From the IMG/VR virus record IMGVR_UViG_3300047157_000174, positions 32,095 to 96,094 of that record: DNA of 64,000 nt. The stretch is one strand, 5' to 3'. The translations under genes were made by a program, and so were the position numbers. Positions 11,350 to 22,094 of this stretch are shown in pieces. Source of the stretch: a virus. The first letter of the stretch is position 1, and every line of letters starts with the position of its first letter. A model generated the notes under the pieces. The model ran no database searches, had not been told where the DNA came from, and saw nothing but the letters and a program-made list of their open reading frames with translations.

Positions 11350-11709
11350 TCCCGTATCATCCCCCATCATATCGGTGAAAGGATTAGGGAGAATTTCTTT
11401 AAGTTGTGCGCCAACATAAGGGCTTAATCGTAGTAAATCAACAGACGTTAAAACTGGGTCTGTTTTTTCAACAAAGTTTTCAACCATAAATCTGTACATT
11501 TTATTCAAATCTAAATCAAAAGATTTACTTGTTGAATCAATGTTCATCACGCTTGACAACGCTTGTTCTACCTGTAACCAAGTTGGTTCTTTAATCCAAA
11601 CTTGGAGGTATTCATCACTATCAGGGGCTACCCTTATGTGATGGCATTCTGTATTTACTGCGGCAAATAGCCTACTCTTATCTGTTATTGCTTTCTTTTC
11701 TTCTACCAT
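11323..11709 (-). CDS. Tail assembly chaperone (gpG-like)
   Basis: Between tail tube and TMP; ends with a GGGAAAC slippery site. Confidence 0.75.
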   Translation of the reverse strand: MVEEKKAITDKSRLFAAVNTECHHIRVAPDSDEYLQVWIKEPTWLQVEQALSSVMNIDSTSKSFDLDLNKMYRFMVENFVEKTDPVLTSVDLLRLSPYVGAQLKEILPNPFTDMMGDDTGNENSTNES

Positions 11710-11796
11710 GTTTTTCCACCTAACTATATACTAACAAACAAACGATGTTAGTGGAATGTGATATTGAACTATTATCTAATTTAATAGTCCTCCGTA

Positions 11797-13542
11797 TTAA
11801 TGCATTAAAGCCCATTTACCTTTATATTGTGCATTGTTTAATGTTCTTGCTGATGCTGTAAATGAAACCTCTATTGCACCTTTATCTTCGGGGAAAGGAA
11901 TATCAACAGTGTTTATTATAAAATCTGTTAATTTTAATTTAATAAATTCTCCTGATTCCTTAGTAAAGTTCAATTCAATAAAACCTACTGATTCATTATC
12001 TTTTCTTAATTCATCCCAAAGTGTTGTATCTGTAATCAATGCTGTCATTGAAATCTCATATGTTCTTTGTGCAGGTATATGTTCATTCATAACTTGCCTA
12101 CTTGTATTTCCGATGTATCTAGCAGGTGTAATATTATTATTTATAGTGATAGAACCTGATTTAACTCTAGCATATGTTTCACTAAACACTTTCAACGCAC
12201 CATCAGAAAACATAAATGGGTAATTATCTGAAGCAGTAGCACTAAAGTTTTGTAAATCACTTGTGTTTAATTTACCATTATGCGGCACATAATCATCTGC
12301 TTCAAGCATAACAATTGCTCCAACCGGAAAACTAGAAGTTAATGCTGTAATTGTTAAGGTGTTAGTTGATTTTGCAGACCATGTAAACTCAACTCCGTTA
12401 ATAGTACCTCTACCTGTACTTCCAAAGCCACTAGCGTCAGCAAGAACTAATGATGTAGCGTTAGCAGTATAAGCAGTAGCGACGGTATTTTGAACTACGG
12501 AATTAGAAGGTGCATCAAAAACTCTCCTACAAACTAAATCTAAACTAGTTTTTAATTCTGATTCTGATTCAAAATTAAGAGTTAAGGTATTAACTTGACA
12601 ACCCGTAAATATCCGAGAATATATATTCTCATGTGGGGTTAGATTATCAACGGGAGTGCTTGCAGACACACCTGCTTTTCTATATGATACATCTAACCCG
12701 AAAGAAGGAAGGGAAGCACCGTTGGTTTCGTCAAAAGTATAAGTCAAAAAATCAGCAGAAGCAATTTCATCATAAGCAGGTAAGTTACTAAGAGTGCCTT
12801 CGACAGTATCGGTTGTCGTTGAAAGAGGTGGGTATTCTATTCCCCCTGTTATCACTCTCGAAATACCAACCCCCCCACTATTGTAGATAAATTTATTTTC
12901 AGTTGAGGCATCCCATGCTTCCGAACTATCACTGCCACTATTTGTTAATGCAGATACTTTTCCTAAAGCATAAAATAACCAAGAACCGTTATTCATTGAT
13001 ATATCTAAAGAACCTCCACTAACGGTTTCTGCACCTTTATATTGTAAACCAATATTTCTAGTATTTCCTCCTACTAAGTTTAGTGAAACTAACTGAGCGT
13101 CAACGCTAGGAGGTGAGAATGAATTAACTAACCCTAACCAATTATCTGACAATAATTTAGGACTTCCTAATGCACTATTAGTATAACTAGTAGGTGCAAT
13201 AACAGGAGCGCCAAAACTCAATAATGTAACATGAACGACTTCTGTACCTGTGGTTATCACCGATACATCACTATCTAAAGTAAAACTTTTAGAATCATTA
13301 GAATTGACACTAGCGTAGAAAACAGCCCCTCCTGTTCCGCTTACAACCTTTACCCTACATCCTTGATATAAATTAGTAATAAGTTTAAATTTTTCTTGGT
13401 CGGTTGTTTCCAAAACTACAATGTTTAAATTAGGAACTTCGGCTGAACCAAAAGTAACTACACAATCATCAAAATACATATCCATTTCAGGCACTAAAGT
13501 AGCCATTGTCCCTGCGCCTACAAACACTTCATTACTTACCAT
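11797..13542 (-). CDS. Major tail tube protein with accessory domains
   Basis: ETVSGGSL, FTGCQVNTLTL and SGSITINNNI motifs typical of archaeal-virus tail tube proteins; upstream of chaperone. Confidence 0.75.
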   Translation of the reverse strand: MVSNEVFVGAGTMATLVPEMDMYFDDCVVTFGSAEVPNLNIVVLETTDQEKFKLITNLYQGCRVKVVSGTGGAVFYASVNSNDSKSFTLDSDVSVITTGTEVVHVTLLSFGAPVIAPTSYTNSALGSPKLLSDNWLGLVNSFSPPSVDAQLVSLNLVGGNTRNIGLQYKGAETVSGGSLDISMNNGSWLFYALGKVSALTNSGSDSSEAWDASTENKFIYNSGGVGISRVITGGIEYPPLSTTTDTVEGTLSNLPAYDEIASADFLTYTFDETNGASLPSFGLDVSYRKAGVSASTPVDNLTPHENIYSRIFTGCQVNTLTLNFESESELKTSLDLVCRRVFDAPSNSVVQNTVATAYTANATSLVLADASGFGSTGRGTINGVEFTWSAKSTNTLTITALTSSFPVGAIVMLEADDYVPHNGKLNTSDLQNFSATASDNYPFMFSDGALKVFSETYARVKSGSITINNNITPARYIGNTSRQVMNEHIPAQRTYEISMTALITDTTLWDELRKDNESVGFIELNFTKESGEFIKLKLTDFIINTVDIPFPEDKGAIEVSFTASARTLNNAQYKGKWALMH

Positions 13543-13554
13543 TTTTTAATCACC

Positions 13555-14082
13555 CTATGTATTCCGTCCAATCCGTTTCATTTCAACTGATAACTTGTAC
13601 CCTAATAGTCTTTTACCTCTATCATTAGCCTCGCTTCTACTTGTTAACTTTAGTAACTCGGCACTTTCCTCTATCGTTCCTGAAGTTCCCCCACCAACAT
13701 AAACAGTTGGACGTAGGGAGTTATGTTCTAAAATGTATCGCGCGATTCTATACAAGGCTTGTAGTCTATCTCTAGAATAAGTAGCATTAGGAAAATCTCT
13801 TCTGTGTAAAACTCGTATGTGTAAAGTAAAGGTAAAAGTTTCATTTCTAACTGCATAATCTATTGTAGGATATTCTGTATTCGCACTCTCTTCAAACACC
13901 ACAATTACCTCTTGAGAATCAATATCAACTCTTCTCCCTTCCTTTGGTTCTATTGAACGTACATCAATAAACTTTGGAGTTACTGCATGACTTGCAATAA
14001 TACTACCATTATTTGTTAGAGTTGTAGCAGTAGAAGCCCAATTATCATTAAGTAATCTAACAATAAAAGTTACTTCATCCAT
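13555..14082 (-). CDS. Tail terminator / completion protein
   Basis: Size and position between adaptor and tail tube. Confidence 0.55.
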   Translation of the reverse strand: MDEVTFIVRLLNDNWASTATTLTNNGSIIASHAVTPKFIDVRSIEPKEGRRVDIDSQEVIVVFEESANTEYPTIDYAVRNETFTFTLHIRVLHRRDFPNATYSRDRLQALYRIARYILEHNSLRPTVYVGGGTSGTIEESAELLKLTSRSEANDRGKRLLGYKLSVEMKRIGRNT

Positions 14083-14276
14083 GCACTCATCTCCTTTTCA
14101 ATATCCTTAACTAATTCTGCACTAAGAACATCTATTGCATTATTCAAAATATCATCTTCTGAAAAACTAATATCGAACCCCAACTCTGATTCTAATTCCT
14201 TTAGAATTAGATTACGTTCCTCTTGTATTCTAATTAATTCAGTAAGTCTTTGATGAAAGTTTCTCATATTAATCAC
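14070..14276 (-). CDS. Hypothetical protein (neck region)
   Basis: Co-oriented ORF overlapping both neighbours. Confidence 0.55.
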   Translation of the reverse strand: MINMRNFHQRLTELIRIQEERNLILKELESELGFDISFSEDDILNNAIDVLSAELVKDIEKEMSAWMK

Positions 14277-15349
14277 GAAATAAAATGTATTAGATTTTTC
14301 TTACCATCAATAATTTTATTTGCCTCTTCAAGTAAAATATCATGTTTAGTTTTCAAATCTATGTTAGAACCTGTCTCTGCAATCATAATAGAATTATCAT
14401 CATGTCGAATAACTTCTGCTGCTACTAATTTAGTAGCGGCTTCGTGTATAGGAGCAGGTACTCTTCCATCTCCGGCTACATAAGTTACTCTAATAGAATG
14501 GTTTTGTACATACGGAAACTCTCTTCTAAAAAATATCTTACCTTCACTATCAATAGTCCAATAATCTCCCATTCTATTTTGGTCTTGATTATCAGTAAAA
14601 CTTGTAACTGAACCAAAGTTAGAAGTCAAAGTACAGGCTGAACCATCCTCACCCATTAATAAAGAAGAAATAATTACAGTTTTACTATCTTCTGAATCAG
14701 TAGTTGCATAAAAGAAATCCGAAATATGCACATTAGTATTACCATTTGCAGTAACAGATTTAGGTGCTACCTCTCCTGTAAACTTAGCAGTTTTATGTGG
14801 GAAAACTTCATTGATAGCATCCACTAACTGACTAGCAGTAGTTTTAGGGCCGAAGTTATCATAAAAATGCGTACTCTCAACTAAGTTAAAAGTGTAAGAA
14901 CCTACTGTTAATGAAATAGTCCAAGCACTATTTGTTACAGATGTTGGTAATGTTATTTTAGCAGTAGCAGAAGCCAAATCTTTGTATTCATTTCCCTGCC
15001 AAACTTCTAATCTTACTATTTTCTGAACTTTAGGTTGCGACAATTGAACAAAACCAACATAATCTTTCCATATAGATACAGGATAAGCCCCTTTATTCCA
15101 ACCATCAAAAGAAAAATATTCATCCTTATGTATTATAGGACGATATGATTGTTTGATACCGTCATCTATTTTTTCTTCTACTCTTTTTATTATCTTACCA
15201 ACTTCTGCTCTTGTAGGAGTAGTACTATCACTAAAAGCACTAATTTGTAATAGATTAGAAACATCTGTATGAGTAGTATAATACCCAAATCCAATATTAT
15301 AATTTACGTCTATATTTGTGAAATCGCTTGGTGAACTTACTTTACCCAT
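14273..15349 (-). CDS. Head-tail adaptor / connector
   Basis: N-terminal YTT..DV and C-terminal IRVTYVAG...VPAPIHEAATKLVA, typical of gp6/gp15-like connectors, with a central insertion. Confidence 0.75.
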   Translation of the reverse strand: MGKVSSPSDFTNIDVNYNIGFGYYTTHTDVSNLLQISAFSDSTTPTRAEVGKIIKRVEEKIDDGIKQSYRPIIHKDEYFSFDGWNKGAYPVSIWKDYVGFVQLSQPKVQKIVRLEVWQGNEYKDLASATAKITLPTSVTNSAWTISLTVGSYTFNLVESTHFYDNFGPKTTASQLVDAINEVFPHKTAKFTGEVAPKSVTANGNTNVHISDFFYATTDSEDSKTVIISSLLMGEDGSACTLTSNFGSVTSFTDNQDQNRMGDYWTIDSEGKIFFRREFPYVQNHSIRVTYVAGDGRVPAPIHEAATKLVAAEVIRHDDNSIMIAETGSNIDLKTKHDILLEEANKIIDGKKNLIHFIS

Positions 15350-15353
15350 ACTA

Positions 15354-18300
15354 TCATACCCTTCCTTCTTCTCTCGAATATCTGTTTCTTGCAGGTAATA
15401 TTATATCAGTAATTGCGTCTCTTTCCGGTTGACTTAATCTTTCGGGAACATAATCTATTACCTCAATCATTTTATTGTTCACTTCCCTTTTCCTTCCGGT
15501 AGGTTTTGCAACTTTTTTAGGAGGTCTTCTATCAGAACTCCTAAACTTATTAGTTTGACCTGCGGGTTCAAAATCTATTTTATCCATAGAATCAAAAGTA
15601 GATTTATTTTCCTTCAAAATGGGTATAAAAGAAACATCCTCCAAAACTTCAGCAAATCCTTTTTGTTCTATTTTTTTATTATATATTTCCTTTAAAAACA
15701 TTATACTATACGCTGCTTTGATACCGTCTATATCATACTGTCCTTCTGTTTTTTTAGGTAAACTTCCACTAAGATTAGATGTAAAATCAGGGTCTAATAA
15801 ATCAATCAATCTAACATTTTTACTATCATCAAAAGTAAACTTTAATAGTGAAAAATCTTGGAAAGCAGCCTTTACATTTTCTCTAACGCTATCACTCATC
15901 CAAAAGAACATCCAATAAAATACATCGTCTTCATATCCGCTTTCTATATCTGCTTTTAATAACATTTTACCAAACTGTTCATAATAATTATTTTCTTTCG
16001 CTTTCTTTCTTCTAGCAAGTTCAGCCTGACTTTCTGCATATTCATCACTTGCTATATTTTTACTAGGTTTGGGTGGCTGTGTCATCTCAAATCTTTTAGC
16101 ATCTCTATCATATCTATCTTGAGCAGTTTCCATATCCATCTGTTGTTCAGGATTTTTAAATTCATCTGTTGAACCATCATCTATATCATCGAGGTCTAAT
16201 TTTTTATTCTTATTATAATTATATTTTATTGTTTCTAATATATTCTTTATATAATCCTCGTTTTGTTTATCTAAAAATTCCTTATTTTTTTCAAAGTATT
16301 TTTTAGCATCTTGACTCAAACCAAACATTATATCTAAAACTTTTTTCCATGTGTTTAAACCAAAAATTTCGTTGTCAAATTCTTTAATTTGTTTTTCATT
16401 TAAGGTCTCAAACCATTTTATAAAAGGCTCATTTCTTACTTTATAATATTCATAATATGCCTCATAATCATCGGGTCTTATTGTATATTCTCCACCGCCA
16501 CTATAAATTTCCTTTCCTCTAAGTTCTTCAGCAGTTCTAGGACTATCTTTGTAACGTGTCGTAACGTATTCGCCTGTTTCGGGGTCTTTCTCTAATTGTA
16601 AAACATCCTCAAAAGACACAGTTTTTTCTTTGAAGTATTTTTCCGGCATCCCTAAATTTTTAATCTCTTCAATATACATTTCTATTGCTTCTATTAATTT
16701 AGGCTCATTTAATTTATTAGTGTTAACTAATTCTGTAATGTTAATTCCTTGTTTTTCCTCGATACTTTCTATTTTTCTATCTAAGACAGTCAAATCCCTA
16801 TTTATTGCGCTTAATAGTGTTTTAATATTTTGAGACTTTTTACTTCCTGTTCCATAAAAGAACCCCAATACAAAATCATCTAAATCTTCATCGTTAATTT
16901 CTTCCTTTAAAGGAGTTGCTTTACCTTTAGTATATTCAAAGAATTTAGTATTTTCAAATGCACCTTCTAAAGAATCCTTTAAGTTTTGAGTACCTACTAA
17001 TATTTTATCAATTTGATTGATTGCTTTCTTTTTTGCATCAATTTCAGATTGGTTTTCTTTATCTTCATAAGTTTCTAAATATTTTTTCAATCCTTCTACT
17101 AATTTATCATCCAAAATATTTTTTTTCTCTGTATTAATCCCACCCTTAGCATCTGCACCTTGATGTTCGTTAATATCTTTTTTACTAATAAAATACTTAT
17201 AATTTAATTTCATTTTACCGACTTCTAATTTTCTATTAACAGGAGTTAATCTCAGTAAAATATCACTTCTAATATCTGCTAATCCTTTTATTGGCTTAAC
17301 TTCGTCTAACAATATTTTTTGTATTCTTAGTTTTACTTTATCTTCATCTGATAAGTTTTCAACCTCCTTTTTAAGTTCTTTAATGACATCTCGCGTGGAA
17401 AGTTTTTGTTTTTTTGTATTTGACATTATAGAATAAAGTGTATAGCCACCATATTCATTACCGCTTTTTCCCATCCAATCTTGCACATGAGTTATTAATC
17501 TGTCATCTTTTTTTGCCAACATTTGTTGTGCTACCATTCGGTCTTTTACTTTAACAGGTATTGCGGGCAGTATAATGTTGCCTAGTTCATTAGTACCCAA
17601 AACTTCTCTCATAGTCTCAAATAAAATCTCTCTTTTTTCCTTTTCCGGTATTGCATTTATTGCCGCTTCTAATATATTTTCTTCCTTTCTAATATCAAAT
17701 ATTCTTTCTATCAATATAAGAGAACCCTTCGGTGTAGATTTACTTTCCACCAATTTACCTACTCTTTCTTCTTGTTTAATAATAGTAATAGTTTCTAATA
17801 CTGATTTCAATAACTGTTTAGAAAAATCCATTTTTTCTTCTTCATCCTCTTCAGGATTTTTATACGCTAACAGACCTTCTGAATCTAATTCGACATCATC
17901 ATCAGTATTGCCTTCTTCGTCACCATACTCCCCTTCTACTGTTTCAGAATACTCAGAATCTCCACCTTCTTTTTCTCTGTATATTTCCTTTATTTTGTTT
18001 ACTATTTCTTTAATATCATCAACGTCTAATTCTTTTTCTTTAATGTAAGTATTACTATTATCTTGCATTAAACCAATAACATCTTTAATCATATTTTCAG
18101 AAAAATCTATTTCTTTTAACGCATTAGTAGTATTACTTAGAGATTCCTTTTTACGTTTAATTTCTTCTTCTCTTTCATTTTGATATTTTTTATATTTAGC
18201 ATCAGATTCTCCTTTCTTTTGTTCTCTTTCTGTTCTAACAAAAACTCTTCCTTCAATTATATTATCCAACCAATCATATATTTCACCATTGTTGTTACCA

Positions 18301-19334
18301 AAATTGTTAAACTCTTCAAAAGCCTCTTCAAAATTCTCATCCTCATCTTTACCCGAAGAAGTAAATACAAAACTATCTGTACCTAATGTTCCCATATTTG
18401 CTTCTATCATCAACTCTTTCATATATTCATATGTATCTACTGTGATAGAAAATTCAGTATCATTTGTAGTTATTTTAATATGTTTCATTAGTTTTTTAGG
18501 ATTAAAAATTGGATTAGATTTATCAGCAGCATTGATTATTTTGTTATCCATCCTCGCCCCGATATTCTTTATTCTTTTTGTTTCTTTTCTTAAATCTTTT
18601 TTTGTCATAGGATTATCAGTTTCCTGAGAATCATCATACTGTTGATTGAGTTTTTCCAATTCTCTTTCTAGATAATCCTTTTTTTCTTCACTCGTTTTAT
18701 ATTCCTGTCGTTTACCCGTCTTAGTATAATCTTCATCAACTGCTTGGTTAATTTTTTCAGAGTTTAAATCTGCTAGTTTTAAATCCTTCAAACGCTCAGT
18801 TATGTTTACAGTAAGTACAGTTTTACCATTTGGTTTAATTAAAAAATCATTATCCTCCAATGTTTTTAATACCGCAATTATTTCAGATTTCCCTATTATT
18901 TTATTAACTTCTTTAATACAGTCTTCTAATTCGTTTAGCATTTCATCTGCATTATTAGGATATTCTCCTTCAATATCATCTTCATCTATATTCAAATATT
19001 GAGAATATCTTTTCTCACTATCTTTCGCTTTGTTTGTATTGTTTTTGTTTCCTATAAAAGTTTTTGAAATCAAGAAATCTAAAAAGAATCCTTTTACGCC
19101 ATCAGAAACTCCTTCAAAACTTTTATCCACAACAATACTATAATTTGCGGGCTTATTTGTTATATTTTTGAGTTCCTTTTCATCAGTTATTGTAACTAAT
19201 TCACCTTCCACTCTTTTCTTATAAACAGGTTTTAATGTAGAAGTTAAAGGTTTTATTTTTTTAACTTCTTTTAAAGTTAAATTAAAAGAAACAGGTACGT
19301 CATTAATTCCAATGTCAGTACTAATTTCTACCAT
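15354..19334 (-). CDS. Very large charged protein (1326 aa), possible internal virion protein
   Basis: Long K/E/D-rich ORF in the structural operon; internal LLK-S, IIK-Q and LLK-A sites after acidic linkers. Confidence 0.5.
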   Translation of the reverse strand: MVEISTDIGINDVPVSFNLTLKEVKKIKPLTSTLKPVYKKRVEGELVTITDEKELKNITNKPANYSIVVDKSFEGVSDGVKGFFLDFLISKTFIGNKNNTNKAKDSEKRYSQYLNIDEDDIEGEYPNNADEMLNELEDCIKEVNKIIGKSEIIAVLKTLEDNDFLIKPNGKTVLTVNITERLKDLKLADLNSEKINQAVDEDYTKTGKRQEYKTSEEKKDYLERELEKLNQQYDDSQETDNPMTKKDLRKETKRIKNIGARMDNKIINAADKSNPIFNPKKLMKHIKITTNDTEFSITVDTYEYMKELMIEANMGTLGTDSFVFTSSGKDEDENFEEAFEEFNNFGNNNGEIYDWLDNIIEGRVFVRTEREQKKGESDAKYKKYQNEREEEIKRKKESLSNTTNALKEIDFSENMIKDVIGLMQDNSNTYIKEKELDVDDIKEIVNKIKEIYREKEGGDSEYSETVEGEYGDEEGNTDDDVELDSEGLLAYKNPEEDEEEKMDFSKQLLKSVLETITIIKQEERVGKLVESKSTPKGSLILIERIFDIRKEENILEAAINAIPEKEKREILFETMREVLGTNELGNIILPAIPVKVKDRMVAQQMLAKKDDRLITHVQDWMGKSGNEYGGYTLYSIMSNTKKQKLSTRDVIKELKKEVENLSDEDKVKLRIQKILLDEVKPIKGLADIRSDILLRLTPVNRKLEVGKMKLNYKYFISKKDINEHQGADAKGGINTEKKNILDDKLVEGLKKYLETYEDKENQSEIDAKKKAINQIDKILVGTQNLKDSLEGAFENTKFFEYTKGKATPLKEEINDEDLDDFVLGFFYGTGSKKSQNIKTLLSAINRDLTVLDRKIESIEEKQGINITELVNTNKLNEPKLIEAIEMYIEEIKNLGMPEKYFKEKTVSFEDVLQLEKDPETGEYVTTRYKDSPRTAEELRGKEIYSGGGEYTIRPDDYEAYYEYYKVRNEPFIKWFETLNEKQIKEFDNEIFGLNTWKKVLDIMFGLSQDAKKYFEKNKEFLDKQNEDYIKNILETIKYNYNKNKKLDLDDIDDGSTDEFKNPEQQMDMETAQDRYDRDAKRFEMTQPPKPSKNIASDEYAESQAELARRKKAKENNYYEQFGKMLLKADIESGYEDDVFYWMFFWMSDSVRENVKAAFQDFSLLKFTFDDSKNVRLIDLLDPDFTSNLSGSLPKKTEGQYDIDGIKAAYSIMFLKEIYNKKIEQKGFAEVLEDVSFIPILKENKSTFDSMDKIDFEPAGQTNKFRSSDRRPPKKVAKPTGRKREVNNKMIEVIDYVPERLSQPERDAITDIILPARNRYSREEGRV

Positions 19335-19347
19335 TCATTAAACCACC

Positions 19348-20061
19348 TTAAGCAAGCCATTTGGCCCATGCAACTGCTTTACCCAATCCTTGTGCTAGAC
19401 CTAGACCACTTTGAGGTGGAGTATATGTTGGTTGACCTGTTTGTGGGTCAATCCAATAAGGATTATTCATGTTGTCATAACCACTAGGAGGAATAGGATA
19501 ACCGCTACCGTTGTTCATAGCCATTTGTTGTTGGTTTAGAGTATTGTTAAAATTAGTACTCATGTTTCCTCCTTGTATTTGACTTGGATTTAACCCTTGA
19601 GGATTCATACCCATTTGAGGATTCATACCCATGTTGGTAGAAGGAGCAGGTGCAGATGGAGAACTAAACCCTTGTGCTTCGAGATACTGTTGTTTAGCCA
19701 TTCTTCTTTGCATTACAACTTCACTATTGATAGCAGTAGCCAATAGATTTTGTATATCTAAATCAATATTTTCTTGCGTTATAGCAGTAAATTCATTTAA
19801 CGCATCGGGTGTAATAGAAAGGTTTCCACTAGAACTTTGACTAAATTCTAATTTAACTAACATCTGACTAACACTTCTAGTAACTGTATCTTCAATTAGT
19901 TTTTCTAATGCCGTTAAGAATGATTCTCCATGATATTGAAAGAAATCTTCTACATGGTTTTCTTGTAAAGTTAGAAGATTATTCATTGCCTTGAATTGTG
20001 TTTGTTGTTGCGCTCCTATTTGAGTCGCAAGGTTACTATTACTTGTACCAAATAATCCCAT
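19348..20061 (-). CDS. Q/M/N-rich protein with C-terminal amphipathic helix
   Basis: MNPQ(M)G repeats; ends GLAQGLGKAVAWAKWLA; starts MG. Confidence 0.6.
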   Translation of the reverse strand: MGLFGTSNSNLATQIGAQQQTQFKAMNNLLTLQENHVEDFFQYHGESFLTALEKLIEDTVTRSVSQMLVKLEFSQSSSGNLSITPDALNEFTAITQENIDLDIQNLLATAINSEVVMQRRMAKQQYLEAQGFSSPSAPAPSTNMGMNPQMGMNPQGLNPSQIQGGNMSTNFNNTLNQQQMAMNNGSGYPIPPSGYDNMNNPYWIDPQTGQPTYTPPQSGLGLAQGLGKAVAWAKWLA

Positions 20062-20064
20062 TAA

Positions 20065-20754
20065 TCACTCCCCCCCTGTTTCAACATTGACAACGTTAAC
20101 GCCTTCGGTTAATAGAGTTTTGACTCTTTCATTAATATTGTTAGTTTCAATAATTAATCTAAATAATTCTTCTTCTTTATTTTCAACACCGTTGTTTGGA
20201 GGTCGGATAGTCCAACCCATAGCAGAAAGAGATTGCATATCTGTTTGTTTTAATGTTGTCATTGGGCCTGATGTTACTAAGTTAACAGGATTTAAACTTT
20301 TAGCAGATGGAATATATGCACTAAAAGAAAGACCATGTTCCTCTGCTAATATTTGCTGTTCTAACATCTCATATTGTCTATGAATTGCAGCGTGTTTTTC
20401 ACAATATGTTCCTCTCATGGGATAGCCTTTTCTTACTTTATGTAAAGGTAGAGGAGGTCTCCTAACATCACCTGATTCCCAAACTTTTTGTGAACCACAA
20501 ACCACACATCTATCTTTTAAATTATATTTGAATCGGTATGGTATTTTCAAAAATTTCTTTTTTTCGGGCATCAAAACTTTGATTATTTCTTTCAATTGTT
20601 TTTTGGGCTTTAGGTTTTTATACTCATATTGTATAATTGAACCTGCTGCTCTTGCGGCAGAAAATCTATCTAAAAATGGGTTAGTTCCCACATGGGCTGA
20701 CTGTGCGCCAATAAGGTTTGTTGGGTTGTAGTTCATTGTCATGTGGTAATTCAC
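20065..20754 (-). CDS. Zn-finger and coiled-coil hypothetical protein
   Basis: CVVC...YCEKH motif and C-terminal heptads. Confidence 0.55.
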   Translation of the reverse strand: MNYHMTMNYNPTNLIGAQSAHVGTNPFLDRFSAARAAGSIIQYEYKNLKPKKQLKEIIKVLMPEKKKFLKIPYRFKYNLKDRCVVCGSQKVWESGDVRRPPLPLHKVRKGYPMRGTYCEKHAAIHRQYEMLEQQILAEEHGLSFSAYIPSAKSLNPVNLVTSGPMTTLKQTDMQSLSAMGWTIRPPNNGVENKEEELFRLIIETNNINERVKTLLTEGVNVVNVETGGE

Positions 20755-20756
20755 CC

Positions 20757-21425
20757 TTAGTAGTCCTTTATCATTGTTAGGATTCCTCTATATACCATCT
20801 CTGAATCAGATTTGGCACTTACTATATATTTGTAGCATGGTATTCCTTTATCATTTAACTTCTGCATACCATTTCTAAAGGATTCAAATATTGGATGTTT
20901 TTCTATTGTTTCATAATCATATTTGTCTTTCCACAAATCATGTTTGTTAGCCCAAAGACCAACTGCTACGGGATAATCATGTAACTTTTTCTTTTTTCTT
21001 TTTCCGCCAATATTCCAATAAGGACTACAAATAGTATCTACCAAAAAAGTCCAACATAATTGTTGTTCTATATCATAGTGCTTATCCATATGTCTATCAT
21101 CTAACATAAAAATTATATATTTAACTTTTCGAGTTCTCATATCTTCTACCCACTCTTGCCAAAATACTGTTTCACCTCCGACATCAGCAGTTTTAACAGT
21201 ATGAGCATCACCGTCTAATTTTACATATTTTCTTGAGGCTCTATGTAGCCCTACGGTTCTATCTGTAATAGAAGGAACTTCACCTCTAGTTCTTAATTGA
21301 TGATGTAATGTAGTTTTACCTGCTTTACTTGCTCCATATACCCCAAATGGTATAGAATGTAATCTTTGGTAAACTTTATTCATACCTTCTACTAATAGAA
21401 TAGCGAAGCCCGCCATTACTGACAT
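20757..21425 (-). CDS. Small GTPase, Arf/Sar-like (Ras superfamily)
   Basis: G1 GASKAGKT, G2 T(VG), G3 DVGG, G4 NKHD and G5 SAK all present; hydrophobic N-terminal helix. Confidence 0.85.
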   Translation of the reverse strand: MSVMAGFAILLVEGMNKVYQRLHSIPFGVYGASKAGKTTLHHQLRTRGEVPSITDRTVGLHRASRKYVKLDGDAHTVKTADVGGETVFWQEWVEDMRTRKVKYIIFMLDDRHMDKHYDIEQQLCWTFLVDTICSPYWNIGGKRKKKKLHDYPVAVGLWANKHDLWKDKYDYETIEKHPIFESFRNGMQKLNDKGIPCYKYIVSAKSDSEMVYRGILTMIKDY

Positions 21426-21431
21426 TATATA

Positions 21432-21656
21432 TCACCATAAATGATGCCATAAATTAACTATCCCATTCCATGTAGAAGTAAACAAATTATAACCAAACAA
21501 AGATATTGCATGGCCGACCAAGAAACTAATTCCACAAGCAATACCACTCCAAAGAAAAAATCTTGCTCTTAAAAACCAAATATCAGCAGAATGCGCTCTT
21601 TGTAAATCATAGGCTAATGTGGATTCATCGAACCCCATTAGGATTTCTCCTACCAT
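21432..21656 (-). CDS. Small membrane protein
   Basis: Hydrophobic segment FFLWSGIACGISFLVGHAISLFG plus an amphipathic tail. Confidence 0.6.
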   Translation of the reverse strand: MVGEILMGFDESTLAYDLQRAHSADIWFLRARFFLWSGIACGISFLVGHAISLFGYNLFTSTWNGIVNLWHHLW

Positions 21657-21664
21657 ATAATCAC

Positions 21665-22090
21665 CTACTCATTGAACCCTGTTAAAAATGTTGGGCTAAT
21701 TGTATTCCCTTCAAACTGTTGTGATTGTTGTTGCATTGCAGGTAAATTAGCATCTCCATAGAAAGGTTGACCGAATGATTGATTGAAACTTCTAAGTGAT
21801 TCTCTAACTCTTTTACGATTTTCCTCATCTCTTGCTTTTCTATTCCAATAAGCATCTATTTTTCTTTGTAATAAAAAATCTTCAATAATATCATTTAACA
21901 TTAAATCAAATAATGCCTTCAATAACATAATACCTCCTACTGTACATATTCCAAACAGTACTGCGTGGGATAATCCCGTGTATGGAAAGTCAACTCCATA
22001 TATAGTGTAAAAATAAATGTTAGTGCCACTAATAGCACCAACGAAAAGTATAGTCATTACTAATCTTGTATCTGTATCAATACTAGGCAT
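21665..22090 (-). CDS. Two-TM membrane protein (holin-like topology)
   Basis: Two N-terminal hydrophobic segments and a charged coiled C-terminus. Confidence 0.6.
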   Translation of the reverse strand: MPSIDTDTRLVMTILFVGAISGTNIYFYTIYGVDFPYTGLSHAVLFGICTVGGIMLLKALFDLMLNDIIEDFLLQRKIDAYWNRKARDEENRKRVRESLRSFNQSFGQPFYGDANLPAMQQQSQQFEGNTISPTFLTGFNE

Positions 22091-22094
22091 TGTT

